Shown here piece by piece: positions 34,834 through 45,639 of a stretch of 46,201 bases of DNA. Under the pieces are notes generated by a model, which was not told the DNA's origin, did not search any database, and was given only the letters and a program-made list of their open reading frames with translations. This stretch comes from Parvularia atlantis (lineage: Eukaryota), in contig CALSCO010000546.1 in the NCBI GenBank assembly GCA_943704415.1, forward strand, positions 1 to 46,201, read 5' to 3'. The position numbers were made by a program, and so were the translations under genes. Position 1 is the first letter of the stretch. Each line of letters opens with the position of its first letter.

Positions 34834-35272
34834 ATGAGCGCGACTGCTGCCACCGCCGCCCCCGCAGCCGCCGAGCCTGTGGCGCCTGTGGTGCGTGGCC
34901 GGGCGCGCGTGCGTGCGCAATCGGCCAGTTAAGCGGTGCGGCGCGCCAGGCCGAGGGCGAGGACACGCCGCTGCTCGCTGCGATCACGGGTGCGTCTGGC
35001 CGTGCGCGTGCGTCCACCCTGACGCGGCTCGCGCGCAGACTTTGAGCGGCTCCTGGCGGCGCAGCTGACGAGCCTGCGCAACGACTGCCGGTGCGTGGAT
35101 TGGACGGCGGTGGCCCGTGACGCCGTGGCGCCGCAGCGACAGCGACCGCCGCCACGCCGCCACGCTCGGCCAGCTCGGGGTACATCTGGGCCAGATGCAG
35201 GCGCACGAGGACGAGCTGCGCGAGCGCGTGCGCGACACATCGCAGGGCGTGCGCGGCGTGCTTGGCGCGTGA
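34834..35272 (+). CDS. Small (~94 aa) helical/coiled-coil protein of unknown function, absent from the ORF track
   Basis: Four exons joined by three phase-consistent GTGCGT...CAG introns give MSATAATAAPAAAEPVAPVAEGEDTPLLAAITDFERLLAAQLTSLRNDCRDSDRRHAATLGQLGVHLGQMQAHEDELRERVRDTSQGVRGVLGA*. Confidence 0.75.
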
Positions 35273-35493
35273 AGAGAGCGGGAAGCTGCCAGTGGGCGCT
35301 TCAGCTGTGTCTGTGTCGCTGTAACTGTGCGGTTGCAATGCACCTACGCTTGATGAACACAACAGTGGCGGTTCTCGGGCGAGCCGGACGAACTCAGCGG
35401 CTCAGCGGCAAGCGGCTTGTTTGGGCCTGGAGCACAGTGACTCTACCTACATTGCGGTTCAACATCAACTTGTAACAAAAAAACGCGCAACCA

Positions 35494-38113
35494 ATGGGAC
35501 GCGGACGCGGCGGACGCGGCTGGAGCAGCGGTGGGCGGTCGGGCAGCCGGCCGGGCCGGGGCGGCGGTGCAGCGGCCCGTGCCGTGCCGGCCAGTGACGG
35601 CTCGCGTGCGTACGAGGCGCTGCGCGCGCGCGTGCTCGGCGAGGACAACGGCGACGGTGACGCGCCGCGCGTCGGTTTTGGCGCGCGAACCGCGCCGGCG
35701 GCCCGTGTGAGCGCGGCCGGACGCTCGTGGGTCAAGGGCGAGACGCTCGTGGACCGGGACTACGTCGCGCCCGTGGCCGGCGCGCCGCCGACGCCCGCGC
35801 CCACGCCGCCGGCCAAGCAGCCGGAGGCCCAGTCCGCACCACCATCTGCGCCGACGGACCAGCTCTTCTTCGAGGACCGTGCGCCGGCCGCCGCGCCGTC
35901 GTCGCTCGCGCGCGAGATACGCATGTCGCGCCGCGGCCGGGCGGGGCGGCGGGGCGGCCGGGCCATGTTTGTGGACGTGGACGAGACGGCCGCGGCTAAC
36001 GACGACGACGAGCAGGCGGCGATGCGAGACTACCTCGAGGTGCGTTTCTGCGCTGTATGGCACGGGCGGGCACATCATTTCGCTGTGCTTGCTTGCGTGC
36101 GTGCAGAACGCGTACGGCATCCGCGCGGACGACGCCAGCGACGAGGCGATCGCGCGTGTGCTGCAGCTGAACGAGTTCATGGACGAGCGTGGGGCCGCGA
36201 TGGAGGTCGACTTTGGTGCGCTGCCGCGGGCGGCGCGCCGCCCGGTGCTGCGTACTGAGGCGCGACGGCTGCACAGACATCGCGCAGACGCCGAGCAGAC
36301 GAAGGCGCAACAGCCGTGCGAAGCGCACGCGATCGGCTCCCACAGACAGCGAGAGCGAGAGCGAGGGCAACGGCGACGACGCCGTCGTGGACCTTGTGCC
36401 GGCCGTGGACCCGTACCAGACGCTCATCGCCGACATCCAGGACGTGCGTGCGCGGAACTGTGCTTGTATATCGCTGACACTCGGGCGGCCGCCAGCTGCT
36501 CAACCAGGACGGCGCGCCGGCGGACGACCTGGTGCCGGTGGGCCGACGCGGCGTGGCACACGCCATCAAGCTGGTGCGGTGACGCCGCGCCCGCGTGCGC
36601 CGTCTGTAGGGCCTCACGCGCTGGTGCAGGCAACGATCGGCGGCTCGGCGGGGCGGCGCGCTGTGCTTGTGGACAGCGACAGCGACGGCGACAGCGACGG
36701 CGAGAGCGACAGCGATGGGCAGCAGGACGATGAGGAGGAGGATGACGACGAAGACGATGACGACGACAGCGAGGACGACGACAGCGAGGACGACGAGGAC
36801 GAGACGCTGATCGACGCGATGCTGAATGCGGCCAACGAGGACGCGGGCCCTGTGCTCGCGCGCGTGCTTGGCGCGACGTCGCAGCGGCCGACCAAGCGAC
36901 GCTCGAGTGGCGGCGGCGGCCGGCTGATGATGGACGCGTTCGGCAACGTGCTCGTGCCCAGCGAACTGCTCATCAACGACGACGACGACGCGTTGCCGGT
37001 GCGCTTTTGCGCTCGGCCGCACGCACGTCACGCTGACCGAGAGTGTGGCCAGGGTGTGAGCCGCGGTCGCAGCAGCGCGCCGTCGTTCATCTCGCTCAAG
37101 TCGAGCAAGCGGCCGGCAAAGACAACGATGCCAAAGCACCGGTGTGCGCTCCTGCGGGCGCAACTCGCGACGTGCTCACACGCGGTGGCAGGCGGCGCGA
37201 GGCGCACGGCAACGCGAGCGGCCGGACGCGCTGGCAGAGCGGCGGTGGCGACGACGGCAGCGACGACGGCGGCAGATCGGGTGTGGTCGCGACGATGAAG
37301 GGCGTCGTGCAGCAGCTGCGCGCGTTTGTCGACAGCCGCGAACAGTCCGAGTGCGTACGCTCCGTTGTTGCTGCTTTTCCTTGACCGTCGCCCGCAGACG
37401 TTCGTTTTTGTGCGACCGGCGCAACCCACGCTTCCGCACGCAGCTGACCGACGTTGCGGCGCTGCACGGGCTGGTTATGACGACCGTCGGCTCCGGCCGC
37501 AAGCAGTGCGCTTATGGGCTGGGTGCCGTCCCGTGCCGACCGGCGCCCGCCGCAGGTACTACGTCATGACCAAGACAACCGCGACGTGCGTGCCCGCGAG
37601 CGAGTCGCTGCGGCGGTTCATCCAGCGTGTTGAGGACCAGGAGAGCGGCATCTTGTGCGCGCGCGCGCGTGCGTGGCTGCGGCGCCGCCGGCTGACCGCG
37701 TGCGGCAAACAGCAAGACGAGCAAGCCCAAAAAGGCGCCAAAGAGCCAGGGCGCGTACACGCCGACGACGGGACGGCGCAAGGGCGGGTCGTCGACGTCG
37801 CCCTTCGCGTCGATGATGCAGTCGCTAGGTCCGCCGTGCCCGCGGCTTGCCCACTCGCCTCACCCGCACGCCGCCACAGCGCCCGGCTCGGTCGTTGGCG
37901 CCGACGCACCCGAGCTGGACGAGAGCAACGTGGGCAACCGGCTGCTGCGCGGGATGGGCTGGTCGCCGGGCGCGGGTCTTGGTGCGTGTGCTCGCGTGTG
38001 CACATTCGTGCGCGGCCCGCTCTCATCGCCGACGGGCAGGCGCCACGGGCACGGGCATCACGCAACCGATCGAGGCGACGATCCTGCCGCGGCGGCGCGG
38101 CCTTGGCATGTGA
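35494..38113 (+). CDS. R3H-like and G-patch domain protein (SQS1/Pfa1-like)
   Basis: An RGG N-terminus, MRDYLEN and an acidic region precede R3H-like QLRAFVDS...FRTQLTDVAALHGLVMTTVGSGRK (His replaced by Thr). C-terminal G-patch: VGADAPELDESNVGNRLLRGMGWSPGAGLG...GITQPIEA...RRGLG. Confidence 0.8.
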
Positions 38114-38142
38114 GGCGCCGTGTGTGCAGTGTGAGTTGCGTG

Positions 38143-40582
38143 ATGATGAGCGCGTCACCGTTGTCGTCACCGTCGGAGCCCTCGCCGTTCGGGCCACGCG
38201 GGCAGAGCGCGGTGGTGCGGCCGCGCCCGTGCACTGTGTCCCGCCACGCCGACCGCTGACGAGCCGCGCGTGCGCGGGGGGGGGGGGGGGGGGGGGGGGC
38301 CGCAGCTCGAGCTGGACGAGTCGAGCACGACGCTGGCGGACGCGTCGTCGACCACGCGGCTGCTGCACTCCGACGGCGACGACGCCGCGCCCGCTGCGCC
38401 CACCGCACCGCCCGCGCCGGCGCCCGCGGCGCGCGAGTCGCTGCTGGGCCCGTACAAGGCGCTGATCCGGACCAACTACAACTACCGCGTGCTGCTCGTG
38501 AGCAACATCATCGCCGGCCTTGGGGACTGGTGCAAGCGCTCTGCCGTTCGACACGCGCGCACGCGCTCACCATGGCCCGCGGGCCCAGGTTCAATATCAT
38601 CGCGTCGCTCAGCGTCGTCAACCAGTCGTCTGGGTCCGCGTTCGGGCTGGCGATCTACTCGGTGCGACTGCTCGCGCGCGTGCGGCGCAGAGCTCAATGC
38701 CCGCTTCGGCAGATTGTGTCGGCGGCGCCCGCGCTCCTGCTCGGGCCGTTCATCGGCGCGCTCATCGACCGCTTCGACAAGAAGACGCTCATGATCGCGT
38801 CGCTTGTCCTGCGCGCCCTGACCATGGTCGGGCTCATCTTCGCCCAGACGCCCGACATGCTGCCGCTCCTGTACGCCCTCACATTTTTCAAGACGCTGTG
38901 CTCGGCCATCTACCAGCCCGCGCGCACGGCCATCGTACCCTTTGTCGTCGCCAATGTGCCGCGCCGCCGCGCCGCGCCCCCCGGGCTGTTTGTACGCTCA
39001 CGCTGCGTGTACCGTGGCGCAGGAGGAGCTGGTGACGGCCAACGGGATCGACGGCATCGTCTGGAGCGCGATGCTCTTCGTCGGCGGGGCCGCGGGCGGC
39101 TTTGCGACGTCGCTGCTGGGCATTACTACCGGTGCGTCGCGCGGCTGCAGCGCTTCAGGGGGCCTGACGTGCGCGTAAAAACAGCGTACGTGCTCGACGC
39201 GGCGTCGTACCTGATCGCGGCGTACTGGCTCGGCTTTGTGCTCGTGCCGCTCGCGACCTACGCGACGCCGCTCGTGCTGCTCGTTGCCGCCCTGACGCGC
39301 AGCGGCGACCTCGTTTACAGCAAGATCTACCACCCGTACAGCTCGGTCGGGGTGGCGGCCGAGCACCCGGGCGATGGCGACGACGAGGCGGCCCGCGACG
39401 AGGACGACCCGCACGCGGTCATGGCGCAGTCGATCGACCTCGAGGTGCGCGCGGCTAGACCCGCCGTGCTGGGCTGACGGCGGCGCGGCAGCCGCTCAAG
39501 GACGACGGGAGAGCGGCCAGCGCATCGTCGTCGGCCGTGGTGTTCCACGACGACTCAAAGGACGCCGAGGTGGGCGCATGGTCCGCTGAACGCACCGCTG
39601 CTCACGCCGCGCCAGCAGCTCAACGAGGCGCAGCAGACGCCCGTGCACCCCGCGCTGGCCACCGCAGACGACCCCGCGGCGACCGCGGCCGCCAAGGCGG
39701 CGATGCAGCAGACGGTGGCTGTGGTAACCCGGCGCGAGTCGTCCATAGGGTCGATCGCGAGCGGGTTCCGGTACCTGGCGCGGTCGCGCTACGTGCTCGT
39801 GATGTGCTTCTACAAGGGCACGCTGCAGCTGGTGCGGCGGGCGCTCGACAGCGATGCACACTCACCGTCGCCGCGCACGCAGGCCCTCGGCATCGTTGAC
39901 ATGATCAACATCCGCAGCGCCCAGACCATCTTTGCGATCGGCGACAACGGCTCGCTCTCGCTCGGGATCAACTACATGGTTGTCGGGATCGGCACCATTG
40001 TCAGCCCGCTGCTCGCGCGGCGCTTTGCCCGCCAGACGCCGCGCGGCGCGCAGTTCCTGCTGTGCTTCGCGATGCTGCAGCTGTGCCTCGGCGCCATGTT
40101 CCTCGCGCTGTCCAAAACCTACTACTTCTTCCTGCTGGCCAACCTGTTCCGCTCCGGCAGCACAAGCATCGCCCAGGTGCGCAGGCCCCGGCGACGCGCA
40201 GCCGGCGCTGCTGACCCGACGCGCGGTGCAGATTTACTCGTCGCTCGTGCTGCAGCAGACTGCGCAGGCCGAGTTCCGCGGGCGCGTGTTTACGTTCGAG
40301 CAGGCCATCACGTCGATGCTCAACCTCGGCGTGCGCGTGCGTGCATTGCGCGGGCGTGTGGTGCCCTTTCCTAGCGCTGACGACGCGCTGCAGGTGTTTG
40401 CCGGGTTCGCGATCGACTTGCTCGGCTGGACCGTGTTCCAGCTCGATGCGGTCGCGGCGGCGGGCGCGGCCGTGTCGTTCGTCTGGTGGCTGTTCTACTT
40501 CTGGACGTTCCCGGGGCACATGACGGCCGCGTACGAGCGCGTGGGGCTGGTGCCGGCCAGCGGCGCCCAGAGCAAAGCATGA
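38143..40582 (+). CDS. MFS transporter, MefA/DHA3 (MFS_3)-like
   Basis: Motifs NYRVLLVSNIIAGLGDWFNIIA, PFIGALIDRFDKKTLMIAS, YQPARTAIVP, EELVTANGI, AYVLDAASY, LQQTAQAEFRGRVF. The start codon is tentative (ATG 38143 or 38146). Confidence 0.88.
38276..38299 (+). repeat. Poly-G run (~24 nt) inside the first MFS intron
   Basis: Seen directly, between the CTGAC branch site and the CCGCAG acceptor. Confidence 0.9.
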
Positions 40583-40593
40583 CATGTATGTGT

Positions 40594-41483
40594 TCAGCCT
40601 TCGACGCCGCGTAGCCGTATGAGAGCAGACACGAGCGCGGCCGCGTCCCTCGTCAGCCCGTCGCAGATGCACAGTGCCGCCGCCTTGTCGGCCGTTGTCG
40701 CGTCATGCCCTATCGTCGTCGCCGGCGTTGTCGCAACTGGCTCTGTCGTTGTCCCGCCGGGCCCGGCAGCAGACGGCGTCCCGTCTGGTCCGCCAGGCCC
40801 AGCAGGCTCAGGCTCACCGCCCATTGCCACGGTCCGCAGTGCAGTACACACGGCCGCGTCGCCCACGTGCAGCACCGGCACACCGCGCCACTCGGCCGCC
40901 AGCGCCGTCGGCGTGAGGCTGAAGCGCGTGCGCACGGCCGGCTGCAACGCGACGAGCAGCACCGGCGGCGTCACGCAGGCGCGGATGAGCGGCAGCTGCG
41001 CGAGGCTGACGAGGCGCACGAACCGCGGCCGGGCCGCGAGCGGGCCGCGCGCCAGGTCCAGCGCGTGCTGCCGCAGCATGCGCTCACAGTGCTCGGCCAT
41101 ATCCGGACGCACGTTGGCGCGCGCAACGCCGCGCCGTGGGATCGCTGGGCGCGCAGGCGTCAGGCGTCATCCGCGCGCGCGCAGAGCGAGCGCACCCTCG
41201 CGCACGGCCAGATCGACGACCTTGCGGTGCGCGCGCACGTACATCGCATCGCGCGACGTGCGCGACCCGTCCACGTCGAGCACGTACCAGATCGCGCCGG
41301 TCTCGCGGTGCCGCGCCGGCACGAAGCGCATCATGAGCGCTGCGGCGGCCTCCCCCATCGTCAGCACGCGCACGCCCACCGTCGCGGCCGCACGCGCGCA
41401 CCCGACGGCAGCGGGTGGTTCATAAACGCGCAGCGCCGCAGCGGCGAGCCGAGCACGTGCGCGATCACGGCTCCGTCCAGCAT
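40594..41483 (-). CDS. Hypothetical protein with RRG8-like N-terminus (possible mitochondrial RNA-processing factor)
   Basis: Three exons. AHVLGSPLRRCAFMNHPLPSALMMRFVPARHRETGAIWYV resembles the L(A/G)SPxRxC...LP...HPETG..W pattern I recall from fungal RRG8-like proteins. The gene model is firmer than the family call. Confidence 0.55.
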
Positions 41484-41509
41484 GCGTAGACTACAAAGTT
41501 CAGCTCTGC

Positions 41510-43731
41510 TCACTCTTCGTCGTCGCTGGTCGCGAGCTCCTGCGGGCGCGGTGCTGAGACCAGGCGCACACACGCACACGCGCGCAACGGATCGCACGCA
41601 CGTCCTCCTCAAAGTCGGCCTCGCTCCCGCTCGTCGCGAGCTCGATCACGTCCGCGCCGTCCATCGGCGTGGTGGGCTGCGTGCGATGCCGCAGCGGGTA
41701 GCGCTGCGCGGAGGGGGCGTCAGCACACGGCAGCGCATACGGCCGCCAAGCGCACAGCCGGCCCCGCTCGCCCGCGCGAGATCTCCTGCTCCTCGTAGTC
41801 CGCGTCGCCGTTCTCGTCAGTGTTGTCAGGCTGCTGCTGCTGCTGCGCGGCGAAGCCGTTGGGCGCGTCATCGTCTGACATCTCGACCTCGTCAAAGCGC
41901 TCGTCCTCTGACGACGGCAGGCTGTGGTGCTCGAACCCGTCCTCGTCGACGTATGCCCCGGCAGCGCATCGGTGCCCGTTCGCGGCCGTGGCGACGCCGG
42001 TCGGTATGCCGTTCGTGTCCATTGTTTCCGCGGCGGGCGACGACCCCTGCGCTCGCGGCGACATCGGCGTCTGCTGCGTCTGCTGCGTCTGCTGCTGCTT
42101 GCTGCGGTCCAGCAGACGCTTGAGGACTGCGCGGGCGAGCACCGTCATGGCGACGCGTGATTGGTCCAGCAGCAACGCACACGCAGGCGGCCGCTGCGTC
42201 GCGCCGGCCTGCCACACGCGCACGACGTCGTTGTCGTACAGCGGGAGGTTCTATCGCGCCGGCAGCGCGTCAGCGGCAAGCACGGAAGACCAGGCGCGCA
42301 AACCTCGTCCAGCACGCTGATCTCGGCGGCCGTCAGCGGCGCTTTCATTGCATCCATGAAGCTCTGCGCGCCGCGAGCAGACGTCATGCGACGCAGCTCG
42401 CACGCGGTCGGCGGGGTCGCACCTTGATCACGTTCGGCCGCGCTTTGGTGCTCATCGCGTTCTTGAATTTGATCGCGAGCTGCTGCGGCGTCTTGATTGG
42501 GAGGTAGAACGTCGACAGGCGCTCCCAATTGTGCGTGCCAAAGCGTGCGATGCCCGCGCACACGAGCCTGCGCGGCGCTCAGTGGGGGCAGCGCAGGCGC
42601 GCGGCATGCGCTTGCCGCACCGCTCCTCGCCGGGCACAAAGCGAACCTTGGCCACGACGTCTGCGCAGCGGCGCGGGTGTTGAAGAAGGGAGGGTAGCGA
42701 GCAGGTCGCGCAGGCGCACCGGGCTCAAACAGGATCGCGTGCGGCGTCGGAAAGAGGTGCGGCGCGGTTGCGAGGTGCTGGATGCTGTCCGACGACAGGC
42801 GCAACATCGGCTGGTGCGCCGCGCGGTGTGCGCGGTGAGCGTGCGGGCGGCACAGCGCGGCGCCGCACCTTGAGCGCGCCCTTGTGCCTCGAGCGCATGC
42901 GCTTGTAGGTCGCGTCCATCGCCTCGTACTCCTTCATCAGCACGCGCCGATCGCTCGGCACCGGCAGCGCTGTGCCATGCCGCGCTGCGTGAGAGGCATG
43001 CGAGGTGCCCTGTGCGCACGCACTGCGTAATGCACAGGCGGCGTTGAGGTTCGGCACAGCATGCAGCAGCGTCTTGCGTTTGCGCTCGGCCAGCGTGTGG
43101 AGCTGACTCTGCGCGTGCGACGCAGCGCGTGAGCCCTCCCCGGCCCGACGAAGCATCACATGCGGTCGCACGAGCATGTGCGCTGCCTCGTTGGCCATGG
43201 CCAGCGGGAAGCACGAGAACTCGCGCGTGAGCATGAACGTGACCGTGAGCAGCTCGACAAACTGCGTGCGGCGGTCACGCAGGGCATGCAGGGCACGCAG
43301 CTCACGGCGTGGCGCACCCGTGTCAGCTGGCCAACCAGCCGCGCACACTGCGTAGGCGTCGGCTCGTACACGTCCCGCCTGCACGCGCGCGCGCATGGGC
43401 ATGCAGCCAAATGCCTGGACCGGGCGCACCTCGACCGAAGCTGCCGTCGCTCGGTCGACGTCAGCGCGGTCAGGCTGGCCCCGATCGGCAGCGGTGTCTC
43501 GGGCGCGGGCGTGTTGGCGAGCAGGAAGCGTGAGGGCGTGCCCGGCGAGCTGTAGAACGGGACGTCGTCGACGCGCGTGATGCGCGCGCCCTCTGTGAGC
43601 AACTGTAAGCTCGCGCGTGCGCTCGGCCGCTTGCGCGCACCGACGCTCTGCGTGGCCGGCGCACTCAGCGACGGCGGCGAGCTGGGCAGGTCGTCGAGGA
43701 TGTCGTTGATGTTGACCGGCTCAGGGCGGTA

Positions 43732-43778
<47 letters not shown>

Positions 43779-44638
43779 GATAGCCAAAGGGCACCGCAGC
43801 GTCTGCCGCGCAGGAGCCGCGTCAGCGTACGTGCGCGTGTGCGTGTGTTGTGCGCACGGTCGCTCTTGAGCGAGTCGAGGAATGCGCGGTACGTGTCGTC
43901 GTACAGGGCGTTCGCCAAGTCGTCTGTGCACGCGCCATCAGCACCGGTACGACAGGGCGTCATCGAGCGCGCGCACTCGGATCGAGCGTGTCCGCGGTGC
44001 TGCTCCTGGTGCGCGTGCGTCCGGCGACGAGCTGCGCGCGCGAGTGAGCGAGGCGCGCGCACGAACATCGGCGGCCCACCGTGTCGTCGTCGTCGTCGTC
44101 GTGGCCGTTATCGCGCGATCGCCCCGGCCTGCGCGCTTGCCTGTGAACACCAACACCGCGCGAGCAGGTGCCAGAAGCACGCACCCGCCGCGACGCGCCC
44201 GGAGCTTGCGCGGTGGCGCGTACTCGCCGTCGTCCTCGTCCTCGTCGTCGGTCCAGTTGAGCTCGAGGAACGGCACGCCAAAATGGTCTGCGAACGCGCG
44301 CCATCGGCGGCCGGCACGTGCACCAGCGACGCCGCGCACCCTGCTCGTGCGCGCTGATCTGCTCGAACGTGTCAATGTCGCGCTTCTGCACGAACGGCGG
44401 CAGCTCGGCCGTCGCGTCGAAGCTCTTGGCAAAGTCGAGCGTCTTGCGGTCCGATACGACGGCCTGGTGCGCGCCTCAGCCGCGGCCTCCGTGTGCGCAC
44501 GGCACGCACGTGCACGAGGCTGCGGAAGTTCTGGAAGGTCAGGTTGTAGCGGTCGGCGATGTCGCGCATCGGGTCGTTGGCGGGCGGCGGGGCCGTGCGC
44601 AGGCGCTTGCGCGATGTCCCGGACGGCTCGCCCGCCAT
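41510..44638 (-). CDS. GON4L / DUO3-like Myb/SANT transcriptional regulator
   Basis: N-terminal RYNLTFQNFRSLVHAVVSD resembles the GON4L NLTxxNVRxILHxVI motif. Core: KVRFVPGEERLVCAGIARFGTHNWERLSTFYLPIKTPQQLAIKFKNAMSTKARPNVIK...KAPLTAAEI. It ends FEEDELATSDDEE*. An upstream in-frame ATG lies at 44755. Confidence 0.78.
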
Positions 44639-44893
44639 CTCTCGGCACGATCGCGCCCGCGCGCGCGCGCGCAAAAAAGTGAGCGTCTTCGTTGCGTGCC
44701 TGTACACGTGAGGTGGCGGGGGGGTTGCGGGCGTGGTGACAGAAGGCGCGTGCATGCGTGCGTGTCGGTGGTGTCGGGGGCGGCGTGAGGGGGCCGGGTG
44801 GAGGGTTAGACAGAGGATGAGATCGATCTTGTGGAGGGGGGAGAAGGGCTCAGGGGCCGGGAAGCGGACGCTCGGAGGACGGAGCGAGAGGCC

Positions 44894-45639
44894 TTACTTC
44901 TTGCCCTCCATCGCCTTGTCGAAGAACTGCGCAGATGCATCGATCGCCGCGTTTAGATGCGCGCACGGCCGGACCGCGCGACGGCCGCGTGCCTGGGCAA
45001 AGTTGGTAATCCGCGCCGCCTCGTACTTCTTTGGGTCTGCGGCGCCGGGGCACAAGGGTGAGTGCGGCCGAGGCGCGAACGGCGAGCGCGCGCACCCTTC
45101 TCCTTGCGCGCCTGCAGCTCAGTGTAGTACGAGCTCTGGATGAAGCGCGGCAACGAGTCGTCCTTCATCATGTTGAAGACGTGCGTCTGCAGGTCGTCAA
45201 ACAGCTTGGGCGAGGGGTTGTCCTGGGGCCAGCCGACGAGGTCGATCTGTTTCGGGAAGCGATGAGCGACCCGCGTCCTGCGCCCGCGCACGTCGCCGCC
45301 GCGTACCTGCTTCTGGCTGACGTTGATCTGCAGCGGGCCCTCGCGCGAGATGTACGTGTCGTAGATCCGCTGCGCCAGGTCCTTGTGCTGCGCACGGGGG
45401 GGGGCCGCGGGCGACCACCACAACAACATAGCGCGCGCGTCAGACTCGCGCCGCGCGCCCCGTTGCGCCCCGCGCACCTTGGCCGGGTCGGACGAGCGGT
45501 AAATCTCGACGTCGAGCCAGAAGAGCAGGTTCTCGATGTTGAACTCCTTGAGGCAGAACTCCTTGAACGCTTTCAGGTACCACTCGTTGGCGAGGTTGTC
45601 GTGCAGGTTGTCGAAGCTCTGGCTGCTGGCCTTCTTCAT
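44894..45639 (-). CDS. Regulator of G-protein signalling (RGS) domain protein
   Basis: Motifs AFKEFCLKEFNIENLLFWLDVEIYR, AQRIYDTYISREGPLQINVS, LFDDLQTHVFNMMKDDSLPRFIQSSYY. Further upstream coding exons are possible. Confidence 0.93.

Noticed and set aside
34755..34837. TAG readthrough fusing the AAA ATPase to the small downstream protein
   Set aside because: After splicing, the readthrough frame meets TGA (gcATGA) and the small ORF is in a different frame.
41500..41553. GON4L-like C-terminus HRARRSSRPATTKSEQS as in the ORF track (stop at 41500)
   Set aside because: Using CTCAG as branch site and the next CAG as acceptor gives FEEDELATSDDEE* (stop at 41510), which fits the acidic tail and the local intron geometry better.
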